Below, one piece after another: positions 62,354 to 64,000 of a DNA stretch of 64,000 nt. The stretch is from contig JAIVFI010000031.1 in NCBI GenBank assembly GCA_025558095.1, positions 124,001 to 188,000 on the forward strand, in the 5' to 3' direction. The notes beneath the pieces are model-generated. The model did no database searches and was not told where the DNA came from. It was given only the letters and a program-made list of their open reading frames with translations. This DNA comes from Hyaloraphidium curvatum SAG 235-1. Taxonomy: Eukaryota; Fungi; Monoblepharomycota. Position 1 is the stretch's first letter. The number at the start of each line of letters is the position of its first letter. The position numbers and the translations under genes were made by a program.

Positions 62354-63204
62354 ATGGCAGTCCGTGGGTCCTGCCGGCCCCGCAAGCCGCGGCACATCGC
62401 CGACATTCCTTCCTCCCGCCAGGCGCCCAGTTCGAAAACAGCAACGACATCGGCGTCTTCGCCAAGCTCACCAACTCCTTCTGCCTCGTCGCCATCGGCG
62501 GCTCCGAGAACTTCTACTCGGTCTTCGAGGGCGAGCTCGCGGACGTGATCCCTGTCGTGCACACCTCCATAGCCGGCACCCGCATCGTCGGCCGCCTCAC
62601 GGCCGGCAACCGCCACGGCCTGCTGGTCCCCAGCACGACCACGGACCAGGAGCTTCAGCACATCCGCAACGCGCTGCCGGACAAGGTGGCCATCCAGCGG
62701 ATCGAGGAACGCCTCTCGGCGCTGGGCAACGTGATCGCGTGCAACGACTACGTCGCGCTCGTGCACCCGGACGTGGACCGCGAGACGGAGGAGATCATCG
62801 CGGACGTGCTGCAGGTCGAGGTGTTCCGCCAGACTATCGCCAACAACGTGCTCGTGGGATCGTACTGCGCCATCAGCAACCAGGGCGGGCTCGTGCACCC
62901 GAGGACGTCGGTCGAGGACCAGGACGAGCTGTCATCGCTGCTGCAGGTCCCGCTCGTCGTGGGTATTGGCCCGTTGGCACTGCCTGTTCATCTTGCTGAC
63001 CGGATTCGACCGCAGGCCGGGACAGTCAATCGCGGCTCCGACGTCATCGGCGCCGGCCTCGTGGTCAACGACTGGTCCGCATTCGCGGGCATGGACACGA
63101 CCTCCACCGAGCTCTCGGTCATCGAGGGCATCTTCAAGCTCCAAGCACAGGGTCCGGGTTTCGTCGTCAACGAACTCCGCGACAGCGTCGTCGACACCCT
63201 GTGA
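62354..63204 (+). CDS. TIF6: translation initiation factor eIF6
   Basis: MAVR|[22 protein letters not shown]...[13 protein letters not shown]...[10 protein letters not shown]. Confidence 0.97.
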
Positions 63205-63334
63205 GCGGGCCCGCCCCGATCCCCTTCCCTTGCCCCGCCGGCCCTCGGCCGCTTCGGGTCGGCGGCTACCCGGCTTATCGGCGGGCCGTGCCTGCGCCGC
63301 TGCCTGGGCGACGCTCGCCTCGCCACGCACCGGT

Positions 63335-64000
63335 TCAGTACGGCACCGAACACCGCTCGATGCCCCATATCCGGCTCGCGTATTCCTGTATGGATCGGTC
63401 GGAGGAAAACTTGCCCATACTGCGGATGGGTCAGCCTTCTGCGGCGCGCCGGCGATGCGGACTGCGCACCTGAAAGCGGCGGTGATGACCTTGCGCGCCC
63501 AGCCCTCGCGATCGCGGAAGGCGGCGTCGACGATTGCCTGCGTGTTGATGTACGAGTCAAAGTCGGCGTTGACGATGTAGTAGTCGCCGCCGTTGGTGAT
63601 GGTGGCTGAACACGGCGGATCAGGGGAGCTGTTCTGCGCGCGCCCGTCCGGCTCACCGATGAGGGGTTCGAAGGTGTTGGGTTCGCCAAAGGTGCCGTGC
63701 TCTATGAGGTCGACGACGACCCGCAGCTTGGGGTCCATGTCCATACGTCTATATCTGCGGGCGCAACTCCGCCTCAGGTCTGCAAAGCCCCGCGCAAAGC
63801 GAAGGACCCACCGGTTGCCGTGCCGCACATCCTCCACCTGGTCGGCCTTCTTGCCAAAGAAAAAGATGTTCTCCTCGCCCACTTCCTCGCCGATCTCGAT
63901 GTTGGCGCCGTCGATGGTGCCCAGGATCAGGCCGCCGTTGAGCACAAACTGTGGCGAACGTCGGTGTAGGGCGCAGGAGATTGGACCGACCGACGTACCT
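63335..64000 (-). CDS. GPH1: glycogen phosphorylase, 3' part (truncated by window edge)
   Basis: LNGGLILGTIDGANIEI.EEVGEENIFFFG, GDYYIVNADFDSY, GKFSSDRSIQEYA..IW. Confidence 0.95.

Overview
Gene-dense, GC-rich eukaryotic DNA with short (~50-75 nt) GT..AG introns, most likely an early-diverging, chytrid-grade fungus. That assignment is an inference from the Zn2Cys6 domains, a DNAAF1-like flagellar gene and the intron style. Most genes are housekeeping: PSF3, IMP3, a sucrose-type MFS transporter, Maf, an O-FucT-like GT, mitochondrial MDH, EFM5, TFIIF-beta, GT14, p24, RPS3, PP2A-A, IPI1/TEX10, DNAAF1, a USP, HOP2, UXS1, metaxin, eIF6 and glycogen phosphorylase. The standout is 9652-21228 (-). 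Here fragmented ORFs splice through 13 canonical introns, with every phase consistent, into one ~3,580-aa protein. Its domain order is: two TM helices; two ubiquitin-like domains ending RLPGG; RGG/NLS; XPG/FEN1-like PIN+H3TH; a UDG-like fold; two Zn2Cys6 clusters; and a Fanzor/TnpB-type RuvC + C4 zinc finger whose last catalytic Asp appears to be Asn. Hairpin-rich sequence just downstream is a candidate omega-RNA. This may be a domesticated RNA-guided DNA-processing or regulatory machine. Secondary points: a Cys-less pentameric ligand-gated ion channel, an intronic C/D snoRNA candidate in RPS3, a lower-GC island (BED-finger gene + lipase), bacterial-like genes and a MYND-family duplication. 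All domain calls are by-eye motif recognition, not database searches.
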